55,203 bases of DNA, taken from Bacteroidota bacterium. Its GTDB lineage: Bacteria; Bacteroidota; Bacteroidia; Flavobacteriales_D; Crocinitomicaceae. The stretch is from assembly GCA_016866415.1 (NCBI GenBank), contig VGML01000001.1:1-55203 (forward strand), written 5' to 3'. Numbering within the stretch: the stretch's first letter is position 1; each line of letters starts with the position of its first letter. The notes under the pieces were generated by a model, which did not search any database, was not told the DNA's origin, and saw only the letters and a program-made list of their open reading frames with translations. The position numbers were made by a program, and so were the translations under genes. Shown here in pieces: positions 10,474 to 20,427 of the stretch.

Positions 10474-11658
10474 TCAATACAAAAAGTTATTATACGGATA
10501 CCTTACTCGAAAGATTTCTTTCACCTGTTCATAAAGAACGGCTTTTAGTTCTTCGACGTTGTCTTTGTTTTGAGCGGAGATAAAAACACATTTCGTTTTG
10601 TTCATTTTCGACATCCACGTTCGTTTCAAGTATTCCAAGGAAGAATGATCTTCTTCCCCTTCTTCTAACTCAGGGGCTTGATAGGCATCAATTTTATTAA
10701 AAACAAGAATGGTTGGTTTTTCCGTTTTATCGATTTCATTTAGTGTTTCATTCACGACTTGAAAATGATCTTCGTAACTCGGGTGTGATATATCTAAAAC
10801 ATGAACCAACAGGTCTGCTTCACGCACTTCATCCAAGGTAGATTTAAACGATTCCATCAATTGTTGAGGAAGTTTTCGGATGAAGCCAACGGTATCTGTA
10901 AGCAACATCGGCATGTTGTCAATCACCACTTTTCGTACAGTTGTATCTAAAGTTGCGAAAAGCTTGTTCTCAGCGAAGACATCCGACTTGGAAAGTAAGT
11001 TCATCAAGGTGCTTTTTCCCACATTGGTATAACCAACTAAAGCAACTCGAACTAGTTGTCCACGGTTACTTCGTTGAACGGTCATTTGCTTGTCAATTTC
11101 CTTCAAGCGCTCTTTCATCAAAGAGATACGTTGCTGAATAATTCGACGGTCGGTTTCAATTTGCGATTCCCCGGGGCCACGAAGTCCTATTCCCCCTTTT
11201 TGACGTTCCAAGTGGGTCCACATGCGTGTTAACCGAGGAAGCATGTATTGTAGTTGAGCCAGCTCAACCTGTGTTTTTGCATGAAAAGTTCTTGCTCGAC
11301 GGGCAAAGATATCCAAGATTAAAATGGTTCTGTCGAGCACCTTGCATTGCAATTCACGCTCAATATTTCTCAATTGTGAGGGCGAAAGTTCATCGTCAAA
11401 AATGACCAATTCAACATCGGTCGCTTTAATGTAAAGTTTGATTTCCTCTAATTTACCTGTTCCAACATGCGTTCTTGGATTTGGATAAGGAAGCTTTTGA
11501 GTGAATTTTTCAATGGTAATAGCTCCAGCAGTTTCTGCCAAAAACTCAAGTTCATCTAAATGTTCTTGTGCTGTTTCTTCGGAAATATCGGAGGTGATTA
11601 CACCGACCAGCACACACGACTCTTCAACTGCTTCAACGGTAACGTGTCCTTCCTGCAT
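10474..11658 (-). CDS. hflX: GTPase HflX
   Basis: HflX N-terminal domain followed by a G domain with G1 GYTNVGKST, G3 DTVGF and G4 NKID. Confidence 0.93.
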   Translation of the reverse strand: MQEGHVTVEAVEESCVLVGVITSDISEETAQEHLDELEFLAETAGAITIEKFTQKLPYPNPRTHVGTGKLEEIKLYIKATDVELVIFDDELSPSQLRNIERELQCKVLDRTILILDIFARRARTFHAKTQVELAQLQYMLPRLTRMWTHLERQKGGIGLRGPGESQIETDRRIIQQRISLMKERLKEIDKQMTVQRSNRGQLVRVALVGYTNVGKSTLMNLLSKSDVFAENKLFATLDTTVRKVVIDNMPMLLTDTVGFIRKLPQQLMESFKSTLDEVREADLLVHVLDISHPSYEDHFQVVNETLNEIDKTEKPTILVFNKIDAYQAPELEEGEEDHSSLEYLKRTWMSKMNKTKCVFISAQNKDNVEELKAVLYEQVKEIFRVRYPYNNFLY

Positions 11659-11987
11659 TAGTTTCTCAACGATTTGACGTGTTTGATAACAAGATCAATG
11701 TTTTCTTTATTCTCCAAAAGCACCTTCATTGGAGGCATGGCATTTTTACCATTCACGATAATCTTTTCAATTTCCTGATCACTCAGTTTGGACATGGTTA
11801 AATCTTTAGCACCAGAGGCACCTAATTTCCCGTCCTCTCCATGACATGAAGCACAATGCATGATGAATAATGAAGTTCCTTTTTCTTTGGGAGTTTCAGG
11901 TGGCAACACATCGTTTTCTGACTGATTATTAGAACAAGCCACCAGCCCGAACAATAGAAAGAATAAGAAATAAATTCTTAGAACCAT
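11658..11987 (-). CDS. class I c-type cytochrome (lipoprotein-like signal)
   Basis: Heme-binding CASCH motif, a distal Met context (NAMPPM) and a signal peptide with a Cys (LVACSN). Overlaps the hflX start by 1 nt and the upstream membrane-protein gene by 10 nt. Confidence 0.78.
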   Translation of the reverse strand: MVLRIYFLFFLLFGLVACSNNQSENDVLPPETPKEKGTSLFIMHCASCHGEDGKLGASGAKDLTMSKLSDQEIEKIIVNGKNAMPPMKVLLENKENIDLVIKHVKSLRN

Positions 11988-12412
11988 CCTCCTCCTAAAA
12001 CTGTTCTAAATGGCCAAGGAATAGCTGCTAAAATCAATAACAAACCAATCACATACCACAATTTTATTGGTTTGAATTTTTCTTCAGGTGTTGCGCCTTT
12101 TTTGGATTTACTGTGACCAATTGTAACTAAAACGATGGCAATGATCATTAATAGTATGTGTTCCATTCCATAAAAGCGAAGAAGCGGATTTTTCATCCAT
12201 CCATCAATAAACTGAACCTTTTGAGACGTGACAAAATACTGAACTAACCCAATTAACAACTGCGTATGTAAAGTTACCATCGCAAAAAGATTTATCAATC
12301 TATGTTTCTTCTCAAACGTTTTGGATGTAAAGGCATTTACAATCGCCAAAAGCAATAAAATCAGAGCAACCCAACGTAATCCGGAGTGAGCGTTTGTCAA
12401 AATATTATTCAT
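11978..12412 (-). CDS. 4-TM membrane protein of unknown function, co-transcribed with the cytochrome c gene
   Basis: 144-aa ORF with four clear hydrophobic helices and the correct orientation within the lepA-hflX gene string. Confidence 0.6.
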   Translation of the reverse strand: MNNILTNAHSGLRWVALILLLLAIVNAFTSKTFEKKHRLINLFAMVTLHTQLLIGLVQYFVTSQKVQFIDGWMKNPLLRFYGMEHILLMIIAIVLVTIGHSKSKKGATPEEKFKPIKLWYVIGLLLILAAIPWPFRTVLGGGWF

Positions 12413-12424
12413 GTTATCTAGGTT

Positions 12425-14221
12425 TTAGTCGTTTAATTTTAATACTGCCAAGAAAGCTTCCTGAGGAACTTCCACGCGGCCTACCTGACGCATACGTTTT
12501 TTACCTTCTTTTTGTTTCTCTAATAACTTCCGTTTACGCGAAATATCACCACCATAACATTTTGCAGTTACATCTTTACGCAGCGCTTTGATTGTTTCAC
12601 GGGCAATTACTTTTGCACCAATGGCGGCTTGAATTGGAATTTCGAATTGTTGGCGTGGAATCAATTCACGAAGTTTAATACAAATTTTCTTCCCTAAATC
12701 AAAGGCATTACTTCTGTGAACAAGTGCAGATAAGGCATCAACCTGTTCGCTATTTAGTAATAAATCCATTTTTACCAAATCCGATTCTTTGTAGCCAATT
12801 GGATGATAATCAAACGAAGCATAACCACGCGAAACAGATTTCAATCGGTCATAAAAATCAAAAACGATTTCCGCTAATGGCATTTCAAAGGTTATCTCAA
12901 CACGATCTTGCGTCAAATAAACTTGGTTCCGTAATTCGCCACGTTTTTCAACGCAAAGCGTCATTATCGCACCAGTATATTCACTTTTGGTTATAACTTG
13001 TGCCTTGATATAAGGTTCTTCGATGCGATCCATTCCCGATGGGTCTGGTAATTCCGACGGATTGTTGACAATAAGCATCTTTTCGGTATCCTTTTTCATA
13101 TAGGCCTTGTAGGAAACGTTGGGAACAGTCGTGATAACCGTCATGTTAAATTCACGCTCTAATCGTTCTTGAATAATTTCCATGTGTAGCATTCCTAAGA
13201 AACCACAACGAAAACCAAAACCTAATGCTGCAGAAGATTCCGGTTCAAAAACCAGCGATGAATCGTTCAGCTGTAGTTTTTCCATCGAGTAACGAAGTTC
13301 TTCGTAGTCTTCCGTATCAACAGGATAAATTCCGGCGAAAACCATTGGTTTTACATCTTCAAATCCTTTGATAGCGGTTTCACAAGGATTTTCTGTTAAC
13401 GTAATTGTATCTCCGACTTTAACTTCTTTCGCTTGCTTGATTCCTGAAATAATGTAACCAACATCACCTGTTCCAACGACGCTTTTTGGAGATAAATCCA
13501 TTTTCAGAATGCCAATTTCATCCGCATTGTAATTTTTTCCAGTATTAAAAAAACGAACTTTATCTCCTTTTTTCAGAACCCCGTTCCGAATTCGAAAATA
13601 AGCGATAATTCCTCGAAATGGGTTAAATACCGAGTCGAAAATCATGGCTTGCAACGGCGCATTTTCATCTCCTTTTGGAGCAGGAATTCGATTGATAACA
13701 GCCTCTAAAATTTTATCGACACCCAAACCTGTTTTTCCAGAGGCGGGAATGATATCATCCACATCACAGCCAATTAAATCAATAATTTGATCCGAAACCT
13801 CTTCCGGCATTGCTCCCGGTAAATCCATTTTATTCAGAATCGGAATGATTTCTAAATCATGTTCTAAAGCCAAATATAAATTGGAAATCGTTTGAGCTTC
13901 AATTCCCTGCGATGCATCTACAATTAGTAAAGCCCCTTCACATGCAGCGATGGAACGTGAAACCTCGTAAGAAAAATCCACGTGTCCCGGTGTGTCGATG
14001 AGGTTTAAAATATAATCTTGGCCTTCAAACTTATAATTCATTTGAATGGCGTGGCTTTTAATGGTAATTCCGCGTTCTCGCTCCAAATCCATATCGTCAA
14101 GTGCCTGAGCCTGCATTTCACGTTCAGAAATAGTTCCAGTAGTTTGCAACAAACGATCGGCGAGCGTACTTTTACCGTGGTCAATGTGAGCAATGATGCA
14201 GAAATTTCGAATGTTCTTCAT
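12425..14221 (-). CDS. lepA: translation elongation factor 4 (LepA)
   Basis: [19 protein letters not shown]1 motif, [13 protein letters not shown], and the LepA-specific C-terminal domain (...[18 protein letters not shown]). Confidence 0.97.
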   Translation of the reverse strand: MKNIRNFCIIAHIDHGKSTLADRLLQTTGTISEREMQAQALDDMDLERERGITIKSHAIQMNYKFEGQDYILNLIDTPGHVDFSYEVSRSIAACEGALLIVDASQGIEAQTISNLYLALEHDLEIIPILNKMDLPGAMPEEVSDQIIDLIGCDVDDIIPASGKTGLGVDKILEAVINRIPAPKGDENAPLQAMIFDSVFNPFRGIIAYFRIRNGVLKKGDKVRFFNTGKNYNADEIGILKMDLSPKSVVGTGDVGYIISGIKQAKEVKVGDTITLTENPCETAIKGFEDVKPMVFAGIYPVDTEDYEELRYSMEKLQLNDSSLVFEPESSAALGFGFRCGFLGMLHMEIIQERLEREFNMTVITTVPNVSYKAYMKKDTEKMLIVNNPSELPDPSGMDRIEEPYIKAQVITKSEYTGAIMTLCVEKRGELRNQVYLTQDRVEITFEMPLAEIVFDFYDRLKSVSRGYASFDYHPIGYKESDLVKMDLLLNSEQVDALSALVHRSNAFDLGKKICIKLRELIPRQQFEIPIQAAIGAKVIARETIKALRKDVTAKCYGGDISRKRKLLEKQKEGKKRMRQVGRVEVPQEAFLAVLKLND

Positions 14222-14311
14222 ACGATTGCAAAAATAGCGTTTAAATTGCTAATGTAGAATGGAAAAATAAACACAAAGGCAACCTAAGTCGATAATTATC
14301 TAAATTTACGT

Positions 14312-14542
14312 ATGACAAATTACACAGAATACATAGGATATGTGGCATCAGCACTTGTACTGGTTTCATTTTTAATGAAAAACATCACATATCTTAGGAT
14401 TATAAACACGATAGGTTGCGGCTTTTTCATTATATATGGCCTCTTGCTTCCATCTGCTCCGATTATCATCACAAATGCTGCAATTGTACTTGTTAACTTG
14501 TATTATTTATTTAAAATGACTCGGTCAGAGATTAAAAATTGA
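14312..14542 (+). CDS. small (76 aa) membrane protein
   Basis: Two to three hydrophobic helices, located in an intergenic gap with no competing ORF. The family assignment is uncertain. Confidence 0.55.
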   Translation: MTNYTEYIGYVASALVLVSFLMKNITYLRIINTIGCGFFIIYGLLLPSAPIIITNAAIVLVNLYYLFKMTRSEIKN

Positions 14543-14544
14543 CT

Positions 14545-15588
14545 TTAAATAAATCGTTCGGAAGAAATTTCTTTGGAAATAGTTATTCCATCGATTAAAT
14601 AATTTGCAAATTCTCGGGATAAGGTTGGGGCCATCATATACCCTTTTGTTCCGAGCCCATTAAAAATGAAGAGTTTTGAAAATTCAGGGTGTTTACCCAA
14701 AATAGGCCGTCTGTCTAAAACAGTTGGACGAACACCCGCATGTTGAGACATGATGGTTCGTTTAAAATCCCCTATAACATTAAGATTGGAAAGAAGTAAT
14801 TCTTTTCCTTCATCAGTTGGGGCGAGAGAATAATTGTTCCATTCATAAGTTGCGCCTATACGAAAAACACTATTCCCAAGAGGTAAAACAAAGCATTTAC
14901 GGTTCAAAGATTCGTTATCCGGAATTTCATTTGAAGAAATGGCGAGTGTTTGTCCTTTTGTTTGTTGAATTGGTAATTCTGCAAAAAACGGAAGTTCTTT
15001 ATTTTGATAACCACAACAAAAAATGATGTGATCATAGTTTTTCCCTTTGTAAACGCCTTCTTCTGGATTAAAATCGTTTAAAGAAAAAGATTCTTTCAGT
15101 AACATTCCATTTTTTTGAAAAAACAAAAGGTTTGATTGATAAAATTTCTCAGAATCAAGCCAAAAAGCATTTTTCACGCGACCAGAACCAAACGGATTGT
15201 TTGCTCTATCGTAGTTATTGTCTTCATCAGTAATGAGACTCAAGTAGTTTTCAAATTCTGGTAAATTTTGTTTCTCCACCCAACTATTCCGTTCCTGTTC
15301 AGAAGAAAAAAGTCTTCGAATGGTAATCGGGTGAAAAAGCGTTGTGTCTAATTTTTTCTCTAGTGATATATAAAATTCTTTCGCTTCAGGAAGAAACTCA
15401 TCTAATCTCCAAGATTTATTCATGCGGCGAAAAACCATAGGATTACCCATTCCTGCCGCAACAGATGTGGCATGGTTCTCTCCTTTGTCCAAAACGGTAA
15501 TGTGGTGACCTAATTCTAGTAGTCGTTGTGCCAGACAACTTCCCGCCAAGCCAGCGCCAACAATCAATATGTTTTTTTTGTCCATCAT
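14545..15588 (-). CDS. FAD-dependent oxidoreductase (DAO family)
   Basis: N-terminal dinucleotide-binding motif ILIVGAGLAGSCLAQRL and a C-terminal GLGTKGYMMAP motif typical of DAO-family flavoproteins. Confidence 0.8.
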   Translation of the reverse strand: MMDKKNILIVGAGLAGSCLAQRLLELGHHITVLDKGENHATSVAAGMGNPMVFRRMNKSWRLDEFLPEAKEFYISLEKKLDTTLFHPITIRRLFSSEQERNSWVEKQNLPEFENYLSLITDEDNNYDRANNPFGSGRVKNAFWLDSEKFYQSNLLFFQKNGMLLKESFSLNDFNPEEGVYKGKNYDHIIFCCGYQNKELPFFAELPIQQTKGQTLAISSNEIPDNESLNRKCFVLPLGNSVFRIGATYEWNNYSLAPTDEGKELLLSNLNVIGDFKRTIMSQHAGVRPTVLDRRPILGKHPEFSKLFIFNGLGTKGYMMAPTLSREFANYLIDGITISKEISSERFI

Positions 15589-16310
15589 GATTGCGCAAAA
15601 GCGAGTGAAATAACACTTATTTTTAAATGTTCATTGGATTTCAATAGTTCGTTCGCAAGGGATTCAATCGTTGAACCAGTTGTGATAACGTCATCAACCA
15701 AGGCAACGTGTTTGTATTCAGAAAGATCTTGGCTCTGGAAAACGGTTGCTACATTTTCCCAACGTTCTTGATTGGATTTTTTAGTTTGACTTGAGGTGTG
15801 TTTACGTTTTGAAGTTTTGTTTTTAATGATTGAAACACCGAGCTCGGAGTTAATCCCTCTTGCTAGAAGTTCACTTTGATTATATCCCCGAATAAATTCT
15901 TTCTTATGATGTATAGGAACAGGAATAAGTGCGTCTAAATCTGAAAAAAGTGCACTTTGCTTTAGTGTCAAACCAATCTTTTTCCCTAAATCTATTCCTA
16001 ATTTCTCCTTGTGTTGATATTTTAATTGGTGCAACATTTCACGGATTGCTGTTTCTGAATTGAAATAATACAAAGCGAATGTTTTTTCGAGCTTAACCCT
16101 TCCCCAGAATAACTTGTCTAGAGCAGAACTTTCTTTGAACTCCTCAAAATAGGTCCGTTTCAATTCTAGTTCGCAAAGACCACAAACGTGTTTTTCATTT
16201 GTAGTAAGTTCTGATTTACAGAATAAACAGCACTCTGGAAAGATGATCGCACCAACCTCTTTTAAGGGCTGAAAAATAATTTTTTTAACTGAAAGTGTAA
16301 TTCTATCCAC
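15585..16310 (-). CDS. ComF family protein (phosphoribosyltransferase domain)
   Basis: N-terminal double CxxC zinc-finger pattern (CCLFCKSE...CGLCELE) and a C-terminal PRTase motif VALVDDVITTGSTI. Overlaps the downstream oxidoreductase gene by 4 nt. Confidence 0.8.
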   Translation of the reverse strand: MDRITLSVKKIIFQPLKEVGAIIFPECCLFCKSELTTNEKHVCGLCELELKRTYFEEFKESSALDKLFWGRVKLEKTFALYYFNSETAIREMLHQLKYQHKEKLGIDLGKKIGLTLKQSALFSDLDALIPVPIHHKKEFIRGYNQSELLARGINSELGVSIIKNKTSKRKHTSSQTKKSNQERWENVATVFQSQDLSEYKHVALVDDVITTGSTIESLANELLKSNEHLKISVISLAFAQS

Positions 16311-16761
16311 GCTTTGCGTTCATTTGAACAAATATATGTTAAAAACCACCACTCTTTTTATAAAAAAATACGAATCGATAGTTTTAATTTAGAGGAAAGA
16401 AATCGATAACAAATTTTTGAAATCAAGCAAGTGTTTTTTAGAATAAAATTTATCAAAAAATTGTTTTTTTAATGTGAATATCTTTGAGAGATTGTTGAAA
16501 ATCGCTAGAAGGTTTATTCACTATGGATTACAGAAATTAGTGTTGAAAACAATGAACAAATGTTGATTTCTTTGAATTTAAGACTCGTATTTTTTGACAA
16601 AATTTGTACGCCCGATAAGACGCTGTTGAAATAGGTGAGGCAAAACAAAAGAAAACAAAAAATTATCGGGAAAAACAAAAAATTTTAAGGTTGATTTGTG
16701 AAAGCATAAAAAGCTTAAAGGGAAAGTTACCTTAATAAAAATGTGACTAAAAAATACAGAT

Positions 16762-17742
16762 ATGGCAAGCCAAGTTGTTGAACCAATTTTACTGGAAAAT
16801 AATAATCGATTTGTATTATTTCCAATCCAACATGACGATATTTGGAGCTTTTATAAAAGAGCCGAAGCTAGTTTTTGGACGGCAGAAGAAATTGATTTGT
16901 CTCCTGATATTATTGATTGGGAAAAGAAATTGAATGATGACGAGCGCCATTTTGTAAAACATGTTTTGGCATTCTTTGCTGCTTCTGATGGAATTGTAAA
17001 TGAAAACTTAGCTGAGAATTTCCTTTCCGAGGTTCAATATACGGAAGCTAAATTCTTTTATGGTTTTCAAATCACCATTGAAAACATTCACTCTGAAACA
17101 TACTCGCTTCTTATTGACACCTACATAAAGGATACAGCGGAGAAAAACCACTTATTCAATGCGATTGACACCCTGGACTGTGTAAAGAAAAAAGCGGATT
17201 GGGCTCTGCGTTGGATTGAGAAGGGGTCTTTTGCTGAAAGATTGGTTGCGTTTGCAGCAGTGGAAGGAATCTTTTTTTCTGGCTCTTTCTGTTCGATTTT
17301 CTGGTTAAAGAAAAGAGGGTTGATGCCCGGGTTATCGTTTTCAAATGAATTGATTTCTCGCGACGAAGGATTACATTGTGATTTTGCCTGTTTACTATAT
17401 ACGAAACACCTAATTAACAGACTACCAAAAGAGCAAGTTCAACAAATCATCACCGATGCCGTCGAAATAGAAAAAGAATTTATTCTTGATGCGCTTCCTG
17501 TGAAGTTAATTGGAATGAATAGCGTTTTAATGAGTCAATATATTGAGTTCGTTGCCGATCGCTTGTTGTTAGAGTTAGGAAATGAAAAAGTTTATAATGT
17601 TTCCAACCCATTTGACTTCATGGAAATGATTTCAATTCAAGGCAAGACAAACTTTTTTGAAAAACGAGTAGGAGAGTATCAAAAAGCGGGAGTGCTAGCA
17701 GGAAAAGAAAACCAAACATTTAGTTTGGACGAAGAATTTTAA
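16762..17742 (+). CDS. nrdB: class Ia ribonucleotide reductase small (beta) subunit
   Basis: Di-iron/tyrosyl radical ligand contexts ([34 protein letters not shown]) and an acidic-aromatic C-terminal tail (FSLDEEF) for binding to R1. Confidence 0.95.
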   Translation: MASQVVEPILLENNNRFVLFPIQHDDIWSFYKRAEASFWTAEEIDLSPDIIDWEKKLNDDERHFVKHVLAFFAASDGIVNENLAENFLSEVQYTEAKFFYGFQITIENIHSETYSLLIDTYIKDTAEKNHLFNAIDTLDCVKKKADWALRWIEKGSFAERLVAFAAVEGIFFSGSFCSIFWLKKRGLMPGLSFSNELISRDEGLHCDFACLLYTKHLINRLPKEQVQQIITDAVEIEKEFILDALPVKLIGMNSVLMSQYIEFVADRLLLELGNEKVYNVSNPFDFMEMISIQGKTNFFEKRVGEYQKAGVLAGKENQTFSLDEEF

Positions 17743-17764
17743 TAGAATTAATTTAAGTTTAGAG

Positions 17765-20125
17765 ATGTACGTAGTTAAAAGAGACGGAAGAAAAGAAGCT
17801 GTGAAATTTGATAAAATCACGGCACGAATTGTTAAAATGTGCTATGGCTTGGATCCTTTAGTGACACCTGAGTTAGTTGCAATGAAGGTAATTGAAGGAA
17901 TTTATGATGGTGTATCAACATCGAATTTGGACAATCTAGCAGCAGAAGTTGCAGCGGCAAAAACCATTGATCACCCAGATTATGCTTTGTTAGCTTCTCG
18001 AATTGCTGTTTCTAACTTACATAAGGAAACGAAGAAAACCTTTTCTGAAGTAATGTTTGATTTGTATCATTACATTGATCCAAAGACCGGGCAAAAAGCA
18101 TCTCTGTTGGCTGAGGATGTTTACAATGTGGTTATGGACAACAAAGATGTTTTGGATTCAAGCATTATTTACGACCGTGATTTTCGTTATGACTACTTTG
18201 GTTTTAAAACATTGACACGTTCCTATTTGATGAAACTTAATGGGGAAATTGCTGAGCGACCACAACAAATGTTGATGCGTGTTTCATTAGGAATTCATAA
18301 AACAGACGTACAAGCAGCTATTAAAACATACAACTTAATGTCTGAAGGCTGGTTTACACATGCTACACCAACATTATTTAATGCCGGAACACCAAAACCG
18401 CAAATGTCGTCTTGTTTCTTGTTGACAATGAAAGAAGATAGCATCGAAGGAATCTATGATACGTTAAAATCATGCGCTCAGATTTCTCAGTCAGCAGGTG
18501 GAATTGGGTTAGCTATTCACGATATTCGTGCTACGGGGTCCTATATCAAAGGAACAAATGGAACATCAAACGGAATTGTGCCTATGTTACGTGTTTTCAA
18601 CGATACTGCGCGTTATGTTGACCAAGGTGGAGGGAAAAGAAAAGGTTCATTCGCGATGTACATTGAGCCTTGGCACGCTGATGTTTTTGACTTCTTAGAT
18701 TTAAAGAAAAATCACGGTAAAGAAGAGCAACGAGCACGCGATTTGTTTTACGCACTTTGGATTCCGGATTTATTCATGAAACGTGTAAAAGAGAACGGTG
18801 ATTGGACTTTGATTTGTCCGCATGAGTGTCCAGGTCTTTCTGAAACACACAGTGCTGAATTTGAAGCGCTTTACACGAAATACGAAAAAGAAGGAAAAGG
18901 ACGTAAGACGATCAAAGCTCAGGATTTATGGTTTAAAATACTTGAATCTCAAATCGAAACAGGAACGCCTTACATGTTGTATAAAGACGCAGCGAATGCT
19001 AAATCTAATCAACAAAACTTAGGAACAATCAAGTCGTCAAACTTATGTACTGAAATAATCGAATACACGGCTCCTGATGAGGTTGCTGTTTGTAATCTAG
19101 CATCTATTGCTTTGCCTAAATATGTGACCGAAAACGGAACTTTCGATCACGATAAATTATTCGAAGTAACATATCAAGCTACGTTGAACTTGAATAAAAT
19201 CATTGATGAAAATTACTATCCTGTTGAAGAAGCAAAAAATTCGAACTTGCGTCACCGACCTATTGGTTTAGGAGTTCAAGGATTGGCTGATGCGTTCATC
19301 ATGATGGGATTTCCATTTGAATCTGAAGAGGCAAGAGTTTTGAATCGCGAGATTTTTGAAACGATTTATTACGCTTCGATGACTGCTTCTAAGGATTTAG
19401 CAAAATTCAACGGTCCATATGAAACATATGAAGGTTCACCCGTTTCAAAAGGAATTTTCCAATTTGATATGTGGGGAGTAACGCCAACTGCTCGTTGGGA
19501 ATGGGATGTTTTGAAAGAAGAAGTTAAGACACATGGTGTAAGAAATTCCTTATTGCTTGCTCCGATGCCAACTGCATCTACCGCTCAAATCTTAGGAAAT
19601 AATGAGTGTTTTGAACCATATACATCAAATATTTATACACGTCGTGTTTTATCAGGTGAGTTTATCATTGTGAACAAACACCTTCTGAAAGATCTTGTCA
19701 GAGAAGGTTTGTGGAATAAAGACATGCGTCAAAAAATTGTTGCAGCGAATGGTTCTATCCAAAACATCAATGAGATTCCTCAACGACTGAAAGATTTGTA
19801 CAAAACAGCTTGGGAAATATCTCAAAAAGCAATTATTGATCAAGCTGCAGATCGTGGAGCATACATCTGTCAAAGTCAATCCTTGAATATTTTCATGGAG
19901 AATGCAAACTTTGGTAAGTTGACCTCCATGCATTTCTATGGTTGGGAAAAAGGATTGAAAACAGGAATGTATTACCTCCGAACAAAAGCCGCTACAGATG
20001 CGATTAAGTTTACTATCGACAAATCAGTAGTTGAAGAGTCGGCTGCTCAATCCATTGAAGATCAACAAGCCGCAATCGCTTGTTCACTTGACAATCCAGA
20101 AGGATGTGAAATGTGTTCCGGGTAG
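17765..20125 (+). CDS. nrdA: class Ia ribonucleotide reductase large (alpha) subunit with N-terminal ATP-cone
   Basis: ATP-cone ([22 protein letters not shown]), active-site contexts ([22 protein letters not shown]) and a C-terminal redox-shuttle Cys pair (CEMCSG). Confidence 0.96.
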   Translation: MYVVKRDGRKEAVKFDKITARIVKMCYGLDPLVTPELVAMKVIEGIYDGVSTSNLDNLAAEVAAAKTIDHPDYALLASRIAVSNLHKETKKTFSEVMFDLYHYIDPKTGQKASLLAEDVYNVVMDNKDVLDSSIIYDRDFRYDYFGFKTLTRSYLMKLNGEIAERPQQMLMRVSLGIHKTDVQAAIKTYNLMSEGWFTHATPTLFNAGTPKPQMSSCFLLTMKEDSIEGIYDTLKSCAQISQSAGGIGLAIHDIRATGSYIKGTNGTSNGIVPMLRVFNDTARYVDQGGGKRKGSFAMYIEPWHADVFDFLDLKKNHGKEEQRARDLFYALWIPDLFMKRVKENGDWTLICPHECPGLSETHSAEFEALYTKYEKEGKGRKTIKAQDLWFKILESQIETGTPYMLYKDAANAKSNQQNLGTIKSSNLCTEIIEYTAPDEVAVCNLASIALPKYVTENGTFDHDKLFEVTYQATLNLNKIIDENYYPVEEAKNSNLRHRPIGLGVQGLADAFIMMGFPFESEEARVLNREIFETIYYASMTASKDLAKFNGPYETYEGSPVSKGIFQFDMWGVTPTARWEWDVLKEEVKTHGVRNSLLLAPMPTASTAQILGNNECFEPYTSNIYTRRVLSGEFIIVNKHLLKDLVREGLWNKDMRQKIVAANGSIQNINEIPQRLKDLYKTAWEISQKAIIDQAADRGAYICQSQSLNIFMENANFGKLTSMHFYGWEKGLKTGMYYLRTKAATDAIKFTIDKSVVEESAAQSIEDQQAAIACSLDNPEGCEMCSG

Positions 20126-20274
20126 AAGCGACGCCAGTCGGTTATAGACGGAACGGAAATTCACGAGCTTGTTCTCGCTAAATGTGTTCCGGGTAGAAGC
20201 GACGCCAGTCGGTTATAGACGGAACGGAAATTCACGAGCTTGTTCTCGCTAAATGTGTTCCGGGTAGAAGCGAC
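20111..20274 (+). repeat. 71-bp direct tandem repeat, 2.3 copies; the first copy begins inside the last 5 codons of nrdA
   Basis: The unit atgtgttccgggtagaagcgacgccagtcggttatagacggaacggaaattcacgagcttgttctcgctaa starts at 20111, 20182 and 20253 (the third copy is truncated after ...gaagcgac). The copies look identical by eye. Confidence 0.9.
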
Positions 20275-20307
20275 AGAATTCGGAAAGATAATAAATATTA
20301 AAAATCA

Positions 20308-20343
20308 AGAAACCTCATTCATTTCTGATGAGGTTTCTTTTTT
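20308..20343. terminator. intrinsic terminator between convergent nrdA and the LTA-synthase-family gene
   Basis: Perfect 11-bp stem agaaacctcat/atgaggtttct with a 9-nt loop, followed by a T-run on the plus strand. There is an A-run upstream, so it is potentially bidirectional. Confidence 0.8.
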
Positions 20344-20427
20344 ATGTCTCAACTAACTAATAGTTCAAAGGATTAAATACTGAAAAACGTCTTATTATCT
20401 TTTTGTCCTACAGTCTAAAAATCAATA

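Noticed and set aside
10195-10548. 117-aa ORF called as an intact gene
   Set aside because: It has a non-ATG start with no signal peptide, and its last ~75 nt overlap the hflX 3' end on the opposite strand. The second half translates to junk. Only the central segment looks like real protein sequence, so I report it as a gene fragment instead.
14018-14257. 79-aa plus-strand ORF spanning the lepA start region (and 12394..12591, 12724..12996)
   Set aside because: These are antisense to lepA or to the membrane-protein gene, with no motifs. They are shadow ORFs.
20144-20152. The 8-mer ATAGACGG is shared between the nrdA tandem repeat and the palindrome upstream of the RT (47125..47132)
   Set aside because: A single 8-mer match in 55 kb of two-stranded sequence is expected by chance, and there is no extended similarity around it.
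20111-20274. Possible CRISPR array
   Set aside because: The repeats are contiguous 71-bp units with no intervening unique spacers, the first copy overlaps the nrdA coding end, and there are no cas genes. This is a tandem duplication, not a CRISPR array.
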